Under the pieces are notes generated by a model that saw only the letters and a program-made list of their open reading frames with translations, was not told where the DNA came from and did no database searches. 64,000 nucleotides of DNA, taken from NCBI GenBank assembly GCA_038245295.1, contig JBBRSP010000009.1:32001-96000 (forward strand), given 5' to 3'. A program made the position numbers and the translations under genes. This stretch comes from Candidatus Binatia bacterium. GTDB taxonomy: Bacteria; Desulfobacterota; Binatia; HRBIN30. Positions 36,971 to 47,550 of this stretch are shown here, piece after piece (the first letter of the stretch is position 1; each line of letters starts with the position of its first letter).

Positions 36971-37264
36971 TCACGCCTTCGAGCGCGCCGCTCGCTTTGG
37001 TGCCTTTTTCGCCACAGCCTTCTTTGCTGGCTTGGCTGTCGCCTTGGCCGGCTTGCTGAGCTCCATTCTTACCTCGTGTGCGTACTTCTCAACCTGCGCC
37101 GCGACAGCCGCAGCTTTCTGCCGCAACGAGTTGGCCGCTCGTTCGAGGTTCTTGGTAAGCCCCGCCTGGTTCGCCGCACTGCGGATGTCGGCGCGCAGAC
37201 GCTTCGCAAGTTCTTCGAGCTCCTTGATCACTTCCGCCAAACGATCGTTCTTCTTGGTAGCCAT
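36971..37264 (-). CDS. Small basic protein: coiled coil with histone-H1-like AKP/AKK tail
   Basis: AGGAGGA RBS; C-terminus KPAKATAKPAKKAVAKKAPKRAARSKA. Confidence 0.8.
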   Translation of the reverse strand: MATKKNDRLAEVIKELEELAKRLRADIRSAANQAGLTKNLERAANSLRQKAAAVAAQVEKYAHEVRMELSKPAKATAKPAKKAVAKKAPKRAARSKA

Positions 37265-37443
37265 GAGTTCCTCCTGTCTACCAATTCCTTCCGCAAATGC
37301 CCTGCCACGCGGCGTGATGTTTCGCAGCGACGCTTCTTAGGAGGAAGAGAGTCGCCTGCTTCTCGATCCTGATACGTGTTTTCGAAGCGACCTCGCAACT
37401 TCCGGAATTCGCGCCGAGCGTCAGCCCGGCGGAGGTCAACCTA

Positions 37444-38067
37444 CTAGCGGCTCAGGAGGGCGTAGGGTCCACCCTTCTCGATGCCACGCTTGTACGCTGG
37501 GCGTGCCTGCATACGAGCCCGGTACGCAACCAATCCCGGATAAGGTTCGAGCCGTGCGCCGGCCGCCTCGAGCACGAACAAGAGCTGGATATCCGCCCCG
37601 GTGAGATCGTTGCCGACGAAGAACTCGTGGCCCTGGATGGCCGATTCCATGTACGAGAGATTGTTTTCGATCTCGCTATCGACACGCGGCTTCAAGATCG
37701 CCGCCGCGTCGCCGAGAAGACCCGTGTAGAGGGCCATCAAGAGTGGCAGCATCGCCGAGCCCTCGGCATAGTGCATCCACTCGATGTACTTCCAATACTC
37801 GTCGGTGCCGGCTTTCGGTTTCATGCGCCCCTTGCCGTAAGTGTCGATGATGTACTCCACGATGGCACCCGACTCGGCGATTGTCTTGCCGTTATCCGTG
37901 ATCACCGGTGATTTGCCGAGCGGGTGAACCGCCTTCAACTCTGGCGGCGCAAACGGCATCGGCGCACCGCGCGTGTAGTGCGCAATCTCGTACGGAACAC
38001 CAAGCTCTTCGACCAGCCAAAGAATGCGTTGTGAACGTGAATTGTTGAGATGATGAACGACAAGCAT
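37444..38067 (-). CDS. Glutathione S-transferase
   Basis: HHLNNSRSQRILW, HPLGKSPVI, ESGAIVEY, LTGADI. Confidence 0.93.
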   Translation of the reverse strand: MLVVHHLNNSRSQRILWLVEELGVPYEIAHYTRGAPMPFAPPELKAVHPLGKSPVITDNGKTIAESGAIVEYIIDTYGKGRMKPKAGTDEYWKYIEWMHYAEGSAMLPLLMALYTGLLGDAAAILKPRVDSEIENNLSYMESAIQGHEFFVGNDLTGADIQLLFVLEAAGARLEPYPGLVAYRARMQARPAYKRGIEKGGPYALLSR

Positions 38068-38125
38068 CAGGCCCACCTCCGTGTGCGACGCAATCCATCA
38101 GGTGTTGGCCCGCCCTGCAATCCCA

Positions 38126-38215
38126 GAAAAGGGGACAGGACCCTTTCTTGGCGGCCGCGGAAAAGGGGGCAGGACCCTTTCTTGGCGGCCGCGGAAAAGG
38201 GGGCAGGACCCTTTT
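38126..38215. repeat. 34-bp tandem repeat, about 2.6 copies
   Basis: Unit GAAAAGGGGRCAGGACCCTTTCTTGGCGGCCGCG at 38126, 38160 and a partial copy at 38194. Confidence 0.92.
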
Positions 38216-38498
38216 AGTCGGCGTGTGGGTCGAACTCGAAGGCTAGCTGGTGCTTCTTCTTGTTGTTGCAGGGTTTGCAGGCCGGCGCGAGGTTGCCCTT
38301 GGTCGACTGGCCGCCGCGGATGATCGGCACGATGTGGTCCATTGTCAGATCAGCGGGGGCGAACTTTTCGCCACAGTAGTGGCACAGGCCCTCGGCGAGC
38401 TTGCGCTTCCACCAGGTCGATTGGCGCAGCTCGCGGGCCTTGGCGCGCTCGCGGCGGATGTCCTCTTCGGACGCGATGGCGATGAACGAAGAGCTCAT
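38214..38498 (-). CDS. Small HNH endonuclease
   Basis: CHYCG...TMDHIVPIIRGG...NLAPACKPCN. Confidence 0.9.
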   Translation of the reverse strand: MSSSFIAIASEEDIRRERAKARELRQSTWWKRKLAEGLCHYCGEKFAPADLTMDHIVPIIRGGQSTKGNLAPACKPCNNKKKHQLAFEFDPHAD

Positions 38499-38500
38499 TC

Positions 38501-41131
38501 CTATTTGGCGAGCGCCTCGGTGAGCGCCGGCTGGATGCGTTGTACGGCCGCCGTGTCGATACGCAATTGCTCGATCACTTGGGCTGTAGTCTCACGCGTT
38601 TCGTCGTGCACACGTGCCGCCAGGACCTGGCGAACCTCCGAGGAGACCGGCTCGTAGGCGAGCTGACCGACGCCGCGAATCAACCCCTGCAACAGCATCG
38701 GATCCATTCGTTTAGCGAGTGCGTCCCAGCGCTCGCGTACGAACTCCCACGCCGCCTGACGCGACAGACGACGCCCGAGCAGTCCGGATGACAGATAGGT
38801 AAGGTCCTGCGCTCGCACTTCCTCCGAGAGCATCATGGACAGACTCTTCTGGATCAGGTCAGGCGACTCGAACGCCGTCAGCGCCAGAAGAAAGCGCTGC
38901 TCTTCTTCCGGATCGGTCTTCGAGGCGCGCTTGCGTTCGAGATAGCGTTCGTACAAAGCCGCATCACCGTCGCGGGCACTGAGACCGACGACCGTCGACA
39001 CGAGATTCGGTTCCAACGTCGTGCGATTGGTCATGTAGCGCTCGAGCCGCTCGCGCGCTCCTTTGCGGATCGCCGCATCACGCGCCAGACCGCCGAGAGC
39101 GCCGATGACGACGGCGCGGCGCAGCTTGTCGTCGTCGCTGTCTCCCGGCTGTGCTTCCCAGCCGAGCGCCTCGAACTGCGGACGGTAGTAGCCCTCAACG
39201 AACTTCTGGAACGCGGCGCGGCTGCCGTCGGCGACGGCTTGTAGGGACAACCACGACAGCTGATCGGCGATCAGCGAGACAACAGCTCGGTCCTTCTCGT
39301 TGCGGTAGCCTTCCAGCAGATGCAGATACTGCGCGACATCGACATGCCCGGCCTTCAGCAGCGCCCATTGGTTGTCGATCAGCATCAGGCGCTCGTGCGG
39401 CGCCAGGGTTTGGACGTTGTCGACGAGAGCTGCCATCGACGTATCGTCGAGGGCGAAGCGATAGAATCCCGAGGCTCCGCCATTCGGGAAGAACCAGCGC
39501 GCGCCCGGCAGGTCGACCGTCATGCTTGCCTTGTCGAAGACGACGCGTTGCTCCGCCGTGCCGCCGGCAGTTCCGTAGGTGATCACCATCGGCACGGGCC
39601 ACAGTTGTGCCGCGTTGCTCTTGGCGGCGTCCGGATCGGCGAAGAAGCGCTGTTGGCGCAACTCAATCCGCATGCCCTCCTTGGTCGTTTGCGCGGTGGC
39701 GCGCACGACAGGATGCCCCGGCTCCGTGATCCAGGCGTTGGCGATGGTGGCGACGTCGCGTCCGGATGCCGCACTGAGCTCGCGCCAGAAGTCATCCGCC
39801 GTGGCGTTGGCTTCGCGATAACGATTCAAATAGGTGCGCACACCGGCGCGGAAAGGCTCCGCACCCAGGAAACCCTCGATCATCCGCACCACACCGGCGC
39901 CCTTCCAGTAGGTGATCACATCGAATCGCTCGGTGGCTTGTTTGGCGTTCTTCACTTCGAACGAGATCGGATGCGTCGAGACGAGTGCGTCGAGGTTGAA
40001 GGGTCGATTGAGTGTCGCCACAAAGTCGCGCCACATGCCCCACTCCGGCATCAACTCGGCGACGCACTTGTATCCGACAAACGTCGCGAACGATTCGTTG
40101 AGCCACAGATCGTTCCACCACACCATCGTCACGAGGTCGCCCCACCACATGTGGGTCAACTCGTGCGCCGCAGTATAGAAGATGCCTTTCTTGGCCGGCA
40201 GGGAGGTGCGTTCGGCGTCGGCGGCGATCGCCGTGAGCCGATACGTAATCGCACCGGGGTTCTCCATGGCGCCGGCTTCGAAATCGGGAAGACCGATGGC
40301 GTCGACCTTACCGTACGGATACGGGATCGCCGTATAGTCTTCGAGCCAGGTGAGCGAGCGGCTGTGCGCATCGCGGCCGAACACGCCCTTGTCGGCCATG
40401 CCTTTCGGCAGATAGACGCGCACGGGCCAGCCTTTGGCAGAGACCTCCACAGGCGTCGCGTCGAACGGGCCGATCAGGTACGCCACCAGATAGGAAGAGA
40501 TCTTCGGTGTCTCGGCGAACTCAATTTCGATCCGTCCGTCCTTGAGCGTGCGCCGCGACTTCTCCGCTCCGTTCGAAATGGCTGTGCTGCCGGCCGGGAT
40601 CACGAGCGTCAGCGCGAAGCGCGCTTTGAACTCGGGCTCGTCAAAACAAGGGAAGGCGCGCCGTGCATCAGCCGCTTCGAACTGCGTTGCGGCGTAGCGC
40701 GCGCCATCCTTCTGCGAACGATAGAATCCGCGCAGGCGTTCGAGGATCGCGCCTTCGAACTCGATCGCCACGGTCGTGGTGCCAGCAACTAGCTTTTGGG
40801 GGAAGGTCAGCGAGACCGTCTCGGCTTCGAGGTTGTGCGATACGGCGGCAGTCTGCCCGCCGGCAGTGGCGGACTGGATCTGCAGATCAACACTATGCAG
40901 CGTGACCGTGCTGGTCGGCTCGCTGATCCGGACGTCGATCTGCTCTGTGGCGTGAAAGCGCCACCGTTCCAAGTCGGCTTCGATCCGCAGGCCATACCGT
41001 TCCGGCATTACGTTCTTCGACAGGCGAAAATCGCGATCGCTCATGGCTCGACGATCTAGCCTCGGCGGTGCGAAACATCCACCGAGAACCGCGAGGCAGA
41101 GGAGAGTGACGAACAACGACTTACGGCTCAT
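38501..41131 (-). CDS. M1 family aminopeptidase (PepN/ERAP-like)
   Basis: TQFEAADARRAFPCFDEP, GAMEN, HELTH-x18-E (WLNESFA), YWKGA; alternative start 41044. Confidence 0.96.
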   Translation of the reverse strand: MSRKSLFVTLLCLAVLGGCFAPPRLDRRAMSDRDFRLSKNVMPERYGLRIEADLERWRFHATEQIDVRISEPTSTVTLHSVDLQIQSATAGGQTAAVSHNLEAETVSLTFPQKLVAGTTTVAIEFEGAILERLRGFYRSQKDGARYAATQFEAADARRAFPCFDEPEFKARFALTLVIPAGSTAISNGAEKSRRTLKDGRIEIEFAETPKISSYLVAYLIGPFDATPVEVSAKGWPVRVYLPKGMADKGVFGRDAHSRSLTWLEDYTAIPYPYGKVDAIGLPDFEAGAMENPGAITYRLTAIAADAERTSLPAKKGIFYTAAHELTHMWWGDLVTMVWWNDLWLNESFATFVGYKCVAELMPEWGMWRDFVATLNRPFNLDALVSTHPISFEVKNAKQATERFDVITYWKGAGVVRMIEGFLGAEPFRAGVRTYLNRYREANATADDFWRELSAASGRDVATIANAWITEPGHPVVRATAQTTKEGMRIELRQQRFFADPDAAKSNAAQLWPVPMVITYGTAGGTAEQRVVFDKASMTVDLPGARWFFPNGGASGFYRFALDDTSMAALVDNVQTLAPHERLMLIDNQWALLKAGHVDVAQYLHLLEGYRNEKDRAVVSLIADQLSWLSLQAVADGSRAAFQKFVEGYYRPQFEALGWEAQPGDSDDDKLRRAVVIGALGGLARDAAIRKGARERLERYMTNRTTLEPNLVSTVVGLSARDGDAALYERYLERKRASKTDPEEEQRFLLALTAFESPDLIQKSLSMMLSEEVRAQDLTYLSSGLLGRRLSRQAAWEFVRERWDALAKRMDPMLLQGLIRGVGQLAYEPVSSEVRQVLAARVHDETRETTAQVIEQLRIDTAAVQRIQPALTEALAK

Positions 41132-41310
41132 GATGCAAGGTCCGCAACAGCCGTACCGTGGGTGGACCGGGTTGGCAACGACGATGGCTCTGGCGCCTGG
41201 TCACCATCGCTGGGCGCCGTGGAGCGGCGCGCTTCGCCTTTGGAGCCGGCGGCAGCGACACAGAATGGTAGACAGGCCGGCATCGACCAACTAGAGGAAC
41301 GGCGCGCGCG

Positions 41311-42057
41311 ATGAATAAACTCCTCGTCTGCCAGCACGTTCCCTTCGAGATCCTCGGCACACTCAATCCGTTGCTGAAGAGTGCCGGGGTGCGCATCAAA
41401 TACGTGAACTTCGGACGCCACCCCGACGCCGAGCCCAGCCTCGACGGATACCAGGCGCTGGTCGTGCTTGGTGGCCCGATGTGTGTCGACGACGCCGACC
41501 GCTATCCTCACTTGCTTACCGAGGTGCGCTTGATCCAGAACGCCGTCGAACGCGGCCTACCCGTGCTCGGCATCTGCCTCGGTGCGCAACTCATCGCCAA
41601 GGCCCTGGGCGCCAAGGTGGCGACCCATCACACGAAGGAGATCGGCTGGTACGATGTGGCACCAACCACAGCCGGTCGTGGGGATCCCCTCTTGCGTCAC
41701 TTCCGCGGCCGCGAGCGCATCTTCCAGTGGCACGGCGACACGTTCGAGGTGCCGCGCGGGGCGATCCATCTGGCGGGCTCGGCTCTGTGCACGCACCAAG
41801 CGTTCCGTTACGGCACGAACGTTTACGGATTCCAGTTTCACCTCGAAGTGGACGAGGCCCTGATCGAACGCTGGATGCGACTCGCACACTACCGTCAGGA
41901 GGTCGAGGCGCTGCACGGGCCGGACATCACCGACCTCATCCGCCGCGAAACGCCGCTCTATCTGCAGCGCTCGATTCATTTGAGTGAGCTGGTGTTCGGT
42001 GAGTTCGTCGAGCTCATCGGCGCGAAAAAGAAGTATCGCATGTTGCCATCACGCTGA
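41311..42057 (+). CDS. Class I glutamine amidotransferase
   Basis: LGGPM, LGICLGAQL, FQWHGD, FQFHLE. Confidence 0.92.
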   Translation: MNKLLVCQHVPFEILGTLNPLLKSAGVRIKYVNFGRHPDAEPSLDGYQALVVLGGPMCVDDADRYPHLLTEVRLIQNAVERGLPVLGICLGAQLIAKALGAKVATHHTKEIGWYDVAPTTAGRGDPLLRHFRGRERIFQWHGDTFEVPRGAIHLAGSALCTHQAFRYGTNVYGFQFHLEVDEALIERWMRLAHYRQEVEALHGPDITDLIRRETPLYLQRSIHLSELVFGEFVELIGAKKKYRMLPSR

Positions 42058-42071
42058 GGAGGTGGGGCGAG

Positions 42072-44108
42072 ATGCAGCGATTGACCCGGCTGATCGTCCT
42101 CGTCGCGCTGGCGGCGGCCGCGGCACGTGCCGAAGAACATCCGGTAGAACTGGACCCCGTCGTCGTCACGGCGACACGGCTGCCGCAGTCACAGAGCGAA
42201 AGCAACGCCGCGATCAGCGTTGTCAACAAGGAGGACATCCAAGAAGGGCGCGCCACCGTTGGCCTCGAGGAATCGCTGAATCGTCTCCCGGGCGTGTTGA
42301 TCCAGAACAGCGGCAACTACGCCCAGGATGCACGCATCCAAATCCGCGGCTTCGGCACGCGCGCCGGGTTCGGAGTGCGCGAGGTCAGGGTGCTGGTGGA
42401 CGGGTTGCCGGAGACGCTACCCGATGGACAGACAGAACTCGACTCGGTCGACTTCGGAGCGATCGATCACATCGAGGTCTTGCGTGGCCCGGCATCGTCT
42501 CTCTACGGCAACGCTTCCGGTGGCGTCATCCAGCTGTTCACCGAAGATGCGCCGACCACACCGACGCTCGATGTGCGCGGGCTAGGCGGCTCCTTCGGCA
42601 TGCAGAAGTATCAGGTCAAAGGCGGGACGCGCAGCGGGCCGGCGGAGTTCTTCGTTCACGGCTCGTACTTCGAAACCAACGGTTATCGTCGTCACAGCGC
42701 CGCCACCAGCGGTGTCGTCACCGCCAAGATGAAATACAAACTGAGCGACGACACCGACTTCATGCTCCTCTTCTCGGGTGTCGACGCGCCGCGCGGGGAT
42801 GACCCGGGAGCACTGACACGTGCCGAAGCCAACGCCCATCCGCAACAGGCGAATCCGCTCAACGTGCAACTCGACGCCGGCGAGTCGGTGCGGCAGCAAC
42901 GACTCGGGGGTGTCTTGCGCACGCGTGGCAGTCTGGGTGAGCTTTCGAGCTACGCCTACATCCTGTACCGCGACTTCGAGAGTCGCCTGGCGGTGCTGCC
43001 GAGTCGCGGCGAGGGTATCGTCGCTTTCGAGCGCCTCAGTCCCGGCGCCGGGTTACGCTGGGCGATCGACCAAAACTGGTACGCGGTCCCGGTACAGTTC
43101 TTGACCGGGCTCGACGTGCAGTACCAGGACGACAATCGCCGCCGCTACGCCAACAACAACGGCGAGAAAGGCGAGCTGCGGCTGCATCAGCGCGAGCGAG
43201 TCACCAGCGTTGGGCCGTATGCACGCGTCGCCGCAACGCCAATCCGTGACGTCGAGCTCAGCATCGGCGCGCGCTACGACAGTGTACGGTTCGATGTCGC
43301 CCCGGAGACACCGATTGGTGTGCCAGGTGACTCGCAAACCCTCGATCAGTGGAGTCCCTCCGGCGGCGTGCGCTATTCATCGACACGCCTGCTCTCCTTG
43401 TTCGCCAACGTCGGAACAGCATTCCAAACGCCCACCACCACGGAGCTGGTGAGCCCGGACGGGCCGGGCTTGAATCCGAACATCGGTCCGCAGACGGCCA
43501 TCAGCTACGAAGGCGGCGTTCGTCTGGAAGGCGAGTCGCGTTGGCGCGCCGAGCTCGTCGGTTTCCTCATCGACATCAACGATGAGCTGGTGCGATTCGA
43601 GTCGACGTCGGGACGCACGGCGTTTCGTAATGCCGGGCAATCGCGACGCGGTGGGGCCGAGGTCGACGGCACAGTGGAGTTGTTGCCGGGCCTGCGTTGG
43701 ACAAGCGCCTTGAGCGTCATCGATGCGCGTTACCGAAGCTATCGAGTGGGCAAGTCCAATTTCACAGGCAACGACGAGCCCGGCATTCCGTTGTGGAGAG
43801 TGTTCAGTGAGCTTGCCTACCACCACAACAGCGGCATCTATGGAGGAGTGGAGCTGGTTGCTGCGGACAAGTACTTCGTCGACGATGCCAACAGCGCCAC
43901 GAGCCCGGGATACAAAACGGTGAACGTGCGGTTCGGCTTCGATCGTGAATTCGGCGCCTGGCGCGTATCGCCCTTCCTTGGGCTGAACAACCTCAACGAG
44001 GCGCGGTACGACGGCACGGTGCGGCTCAACGCCCTGGCAGGCCGCTTCTTCGAACCGGCGCCCGGTTTCAATCTCGTCGGCGGCCTGCAGGTCGCGGCGC
44101 ACCTTTGA
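42072..44108 (+). CDS. TonB-dependent receptor (YncD-like)
   Basis: Signal peptide, TonB box VVVTATR, plug IRGFGTRAGFGVR...DGLPETLPDGQ, IEVLRGPASSLYG, FFEPAPG. Confidence 0.9.
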   Translation: MQRLTRLIVLVALAAAAARAEEHPVELDPVVVTATRLPQSQSESNAAISVVNKEDIQEGRATVGLEESLNRLPGVLIQNSGNYAQDARIQIRGFGTRAGFGVREVRVLVDGLPETLPDGQTELDSVDFGAIDHIEVLRGPASSLYGNASGGVIQLFTEDAPTTPTLDVRGLGGSFGMQKYQVKGGTRSGPAEFFVHGSYFETNGYRRHSAATSGVVTAKMKYKLSDDTDFMLLFSGVDAPRGDDPGALTRAEANAHPQQANPLNVQLDAGESVRQQRLGGVLRTRGSLGELSSYAYILYRDFESRLAVLPSRGEGIVAFERLSPGAGLRWAIDQNWYAVPVQFLTGLDVQYQDDNRRRYANNNGEKGELRLHQRERVTSVGPYARVAATPIRDVELSIGARYDSVRFDVAPETPIGVPGDSQTLDQWSPSGGVRYSSTRLLSLFANVGTAFQTPTTTELVSPDGPGLNPNIGPQTAISYEGGVRLEGESRWRAELVGFLIDINDELVRFESTSGRTAFRNAGQSRRGGAEVDGTVELLPGLRWTSALSVIDARYRSYRVGKSNFTGNDEPGIPLWRVFSELAYHHNSGIYGGVELVAADKYFVDDANSATSPGYKTVNVRFGFDREFGAWRVSPFLGLNNLNEARYDGTVRLNALAGRFFEPAPGFNLVGGLQVAAHL

Positions 44109-44255
44109 CACGACAACTCCAGACGCAGCATCCGTGGCGGCGGCTCGCGAAACCGCCGCCTACGGAGGGGTCGCTCACTTCTCGCGGCGGTAGGCGTCGT
44201 CCAGGGCAAACGAGATCATTGCGTCGGTCCTGTGCGTTCGCGAGTATCGCGTCCC

Positions 44256-45068
44256 ATGGCCGGTGCCGCGAGCTCACGACGAAAAGCAACATCCAAGGTC
44301 GATCCCTTCGGGTACGACCCGGAGTTCCACGCCAGCGCCCGGCCGGTCGCCGAGTTCTTGTATCGCACTTACTGGCGCGTCGATACCGAAGGCCTCGAAC
44401 ATATCCCGGCCAAGGGACCCGCGTTGATCGTCGGCAACCACTCGGGCGGCATCCCGTTCGACGCGGCGATGATCACGGCGGCCGTCGACCTCGAGCACCC
44501 GCAGCATCGGTTGGTGCGCTACCTGTACGATAAATTCGTCGAGGGCATGCCGCTGGTCGGCGACGCTTACAAACGATTGGGCTCGGTGCCTGCGACGGTG
44601 CAGAATGCACGCTTGCTGCTGCGCCATGGTGACCTCGTCGGCATCTTCCCCGAAGGAGTCGCCGGTGTCGCGAAGGGTGTATTGCAGCGTTATCGCGTGC
44701 AGCCATTCCGTTCGAGCTTCGTGCGCCTGGCGGTTGAAGAGAACGTACCGGTGATCCCGGTCGCCGTGGTCGGTGCCGAGGAGACGTACCCGATCGTCGG
44801 CAAACTCCAGAAGCTCGGCGGGCTGACGCAGTTGCTCAACGTCCCCTATATTCCAGTGACGCCGCTGTTCCCGTTATTCGGCCTCCTCGGCGTCATCCCC
44901 TTGCCGAGTAAGTGGCACATCCGGTTCGGTGCACCGATTCACCTCGCCGATGAGGCGCCAAAGGTCGGAATGCGAAAGCTGTGGTACCGCCAAACGGCAG
45001 AGAAGCTGCGGCGGGAGCTACAGGGAACGCTCCACGAAATGCTCGCGGCTCGCGAATCGCTGTTTTGA
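44256..45068 (+). CDS. Lysophospholipid/glycerol acyltransferase family protein
   Basis: DPFGYDP, NHSGGIPFD (HxxxxD-like), FPEG, PVAVVGAEE; exact start uncertain. Confidence 0.87.
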   Translation: MAGAASSRRKATSKVDPFGYDPEFHASARPVAEFLYRTYWRVDTEGLEHIPAKGPALIVGNHSGGIPFDAAMITAAVDLEHPQHRLVRYLYDKFVEGMPLVGDAYKRLGSVPATVQNARLLLRHGDLVGIFPEGVAGVAKGVLQRYRVQPFRSSFVRLAVEENVPVIPVAVVGAEETYPIVGKLQKLGGLTQLLNVPYIPVTPLFPLFGLLGVIPLPSKWHIRFGAPIHLADEAPKVGMRKLWYRQTAEKLRRELQGTLHEMLAARESLF

Positions 45069-45136
45069 CTCTGGGATGACCGCCACCTCCGCGGCAGCCG
45101 CGCCAATGGACGGATAAACGCCTTGTCCAATTAAAG

Positions 45137-45170
45137 AACGGGGGACGCCTCGAAAGGCGCCCCCCGTTTT
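45137..45170. terminator. Intrinsic terminator between convergent acyltransferase and rplS
   Basis: AACGGGGG-ACGCC-TCGAAA-GGCG-CCCCCCGTTTT hairpin with A/T flanks. Confidence 0.7.
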
Positions 45171-45233
45171 CACATTCTGCCGCTCCGTGCGGCGGACGAT
45201 TGAGTCGAGCCGCCCTCAGGGCGGCAAACGGTC

Positions 45234-45644
45234 TTATTGCGCGGCAGCGGCTGCCGCTGCGGCGGCGGCCGCCTTGCTCTTGCGGGTTGGACGACCGATA
45301 TCGGTCTCCAATTCCTTGATGCGCGCTGCCTTACCGGACAGGTCCCGGAGGTAGTACAAACGCGCGCGGCGGACGACACCACGCGTCATCACTTCGATCT
45401 TGTCGAGGCGTGGGGAGTGGATCGGGAACGTGCGCTCGACGCCAACACCGTAGGAGATCTTGCGCACCGTAAACATGGCGCGGTTGGAACCCTTGGTGCG
45501 GCGGATGCAAACACCTTCGAAGGCCTGGATACGTTCTTTTTCGCCCTCGACCACCTTCACGTGAACCTTGACGGTATCGCCGGCTTTGAATGCAGGGACA
45601 TCCGATCGCAATTGCTCGCGTTCGATTTGATCAATAATGTTCAT
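45234..45644 (-). CDS. rplS: 50S ribosomal protein L19
   Basis: [53 protein letters not shown]. Confidence 0.97.
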   Translation of the reverse strand: MNIIDQIEREQLRSDVPAFKAGDTVKVHVKVVEGEKERIQAFEGVCIRRTKGSNRAMFTVRKISYGVGVERTFPIHSPRLDKIEVMTRGVVRRARLYYLRDLSGKAARIKELETDIGRPTRKSKAAAAAAAAAAAQ

Positions 45645-45684
45645 GGTCCACCTCAGGGCGCAGGAATTTGAAGAAGGGCCGGTG

Positions 45685-46245
45685 TTAGCGTGGTGCACAT
45701 AGACGGTCAAGGAGAATGGCCGCGGCCGAGCGAACCGAGAGGTGATTGTAATCGGTAGGGCCAACAATCGGCTCGAGAAACACGTCGGCGCGCTCGACGA
45801 CCTCGGGGGCCAGGCCCCAACCGGTACCCAGAACGAGCAGATGCGGCTCGTCCAGGGTGAGCAGATCCTGTCGCAACCGCTCGAAGGTAACGCGCTCCCC
45901 ACCCGCCTTCGCCGAGGTGATCACCAGGCGCGGCCGCATACCCGTCTCGTGCTCCAAGGCGGTAATTGTGCTGTCGAGGTCGAGCTCCAGACGCACGAGG
46001 CTCAGGGCGTCCTTGCGGGTCAGGTTGTAGGTGCTCCCGAAGCCCGACTCCCAATGCTCCATGATCTTGCGCGCCAAGGCACGCAACGCCTTGACCGGAT
46101 GCACGACGAAGAAGCGTTTGACGCCATAGGTGCGCGCCGAGCGGGCGATGTCGTGGATATCCATGTTGGTCAGAGCGGTAGTGACGATGAGCCCGTTCTT
46201 GTCGACCGTCGGGTGATGCAGCAGGGCGAGGTACAGATCAGCCAT
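45685..46245 (-). CDS. SPOUT-type RNA methyltransferase (TrmD-associated)
   Basis: [49 protein letters not shown]. Confidence 0.87.
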   Translation of the reverse strand: MADLYLALLHHPTVDKNGLIVTTALTNMDIHDIARSARTYGVKRFFVVHPVKALRALARKIMEHWESGFGSTYNLTRKDALSLVRLELDLDSTITALEHETGMRPRLVITSAKAGGERVTFERLRQDLLTLDEPHLLVLGTGWGLAPEVVERADVFLEPIVGPTDYNHLSVRSAAAILLDRLCAPR

Positions 46246-46972
46246 GGCGCTCCGCCTTCCACTGCGCCAGGAGCACGCGCTCGGCGTCGCTGATCTCGGC
46301 ATGCTCGAGCAGATCCGGTCGGCGCTCGGCAGTACGCCGCAGCGATTGCTCGCGACGCCAGCGGGCGATCGCCGCATGATCGCCCGACAACAGGATGTCC
46401 GGCACGGCCTGGCCCTGAAACACCGGCGGGCGCGTGTACTGCGGGTACTCGAGCAATCCATCATGAAAGGATTCGATCGCCGCCGACTGCTCGCTGCCGA
46501 GAACACCCGGGACCAGGCGGCTGACCGCATCAAGCAAGACGATGGCGGCGATCTCACCACCTGACACGACAAAATCGCCGATTGATATCTCGTCGTCGAC
46601 GTATGGCCGCACACGCTCGTCGATGCCTTCGTAGCGTCCGCACAACAAGGCGATCGCTTCGAAGCGTGACAACTCCCAGGCCAGGGTCTGCGTCAACGGT
46701 CGACCCTGCGGCGACAACATGATCTTGCGCGGTACGGGCTCGCAACCCCGCAGCGCAGCCAGTGCGGCAACGATCGGCTCCGCCTTCATCACCATGCCCT
46801 CGCCGCCGCCGTAGGGTGAGTCGTCGGTCACACGATGTTTGTCGGCGGCGTACTCGCGGATGTTGTGGAGATGGAAGTGCAGGGCGCCACGCTCCTGGCC
46901 CTTCTGCAGCATCGTCGCCGACAGAACTGACGTAAACAATTCGGGGAACAGGGTCAGAATGTGAAAGTGCAT
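46238..46972 (-). CDS. trmD: tRNA (guanine-N1)-methyltransferase
   Basis: [51 protein letters not shown]. Confidence 0.97.
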   Translation of the reverse strand: MHFHILTLFPELFTSVLSATMLQKGQERGALHFHLHNIREYAADKHRVTDDSPYGGGEGMVMKAEPIVAALAALRGCEPVPRKIMLSPQGRPLTQTLAWELSRFEAIALLCGRYEGIDERVRPYVDDEISIGDFVVSGGEIAAIVLLDAVSRLVPGVLGSEQSAAIESFHDGLLEYPQYTRPPVFQGQAVPDILLSGDHAAIARWRREQSLRRTAERRPDLLEHAEISDAERVLLAQWKAERHG

Positions 46973-47487
46973 TACTCGTCCAACAAGCCCGGAAGCGGAT
47001 GGATCGTCATGCGGCGCGCCGCAACATCGACGTCGAGCACGACCTGGGCAATCAACGGGATGAGATACTCGCGACCGCCGCCGCGGACGACGCAGACATC
47101 ACTGCTCGGTGGCGTCATCACCTCGTGTACGGTCCCCAGCGTCTCGCCGCTATCCGTCACAACCTCCATACCGATCAATTGGTAATGGTAGATTTCGTTC
47201 GGACCGATCGGCGGCAACTCCGCCTCGTGGACGCAGACTTCGTAGCCGACGAGCTTCTCGGCGTCGTTCATCGAGTTGCAACCTTGCAGGATGATCAGCA
47301 GGAACTGCTTGTGGCGCCGCAGGTCGAGCAGTTCACGCGTCTCGATCGTTTCGCCACGGCGCAGGACCACGGTCATGCCGGGTTCCAGCGTATCGGTGTC
47401 CGGATTGAAGGGCAGTAAGCGCAGTTCACCACGCGTTGCGTGAACGTTGACGATGCGCCCTAGAGGGATGAGCCGGTCTGCAGCCAT
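46972..47487 (-). CDS. rimM: 16S rRNA processing protein RimM
   Basis: [33 protein letters not shown]; operon position. Confidence 0.93.
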   Translation of the reverse strand: MAADRLIPLGRIVNVHATRGELRLLPFNPDTDTLEPGMTVVLRRGETIETRELLDLRRHKQFLLIILQGCNSMNDAEKLVGYEVCVHEAELPPIGPNEIYHYQLIGMEVVTDSGETLGTVHEVMTPPSSDVCVVRGGGREYLIPLIAQVVLDVDVAARRMTIHPLPGLLDE

Positions 47488-47550
47488 TGGACCAACGGCA
47501 CGCTGAGCGGCCGGGCGACGCTTGGTTTAGCGCCGCGAGGAAGCGGCGGG

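Noticed and set aside
38126..38215. Possible mini CRISPR array
   Set aside because: Units are contiguous with identical linkers, so there are no unique spacers, and there are no cas genes in the window
38214..38498. HNH as a defence or homing nuclease
   Set aside because: Small stand-alone HNH with no methylase, ATPase, intron or phage context
39320..40792. 490-aa plus-strand ORF
   Set aside because: Antisense shadow of the M1 aminopeptidase
45234..45280. Poly-Ala tail of L19 as something novel
   Set aside because: Low-complexity Ala/Lys C-terminal extensions are common on ribosomal proteins
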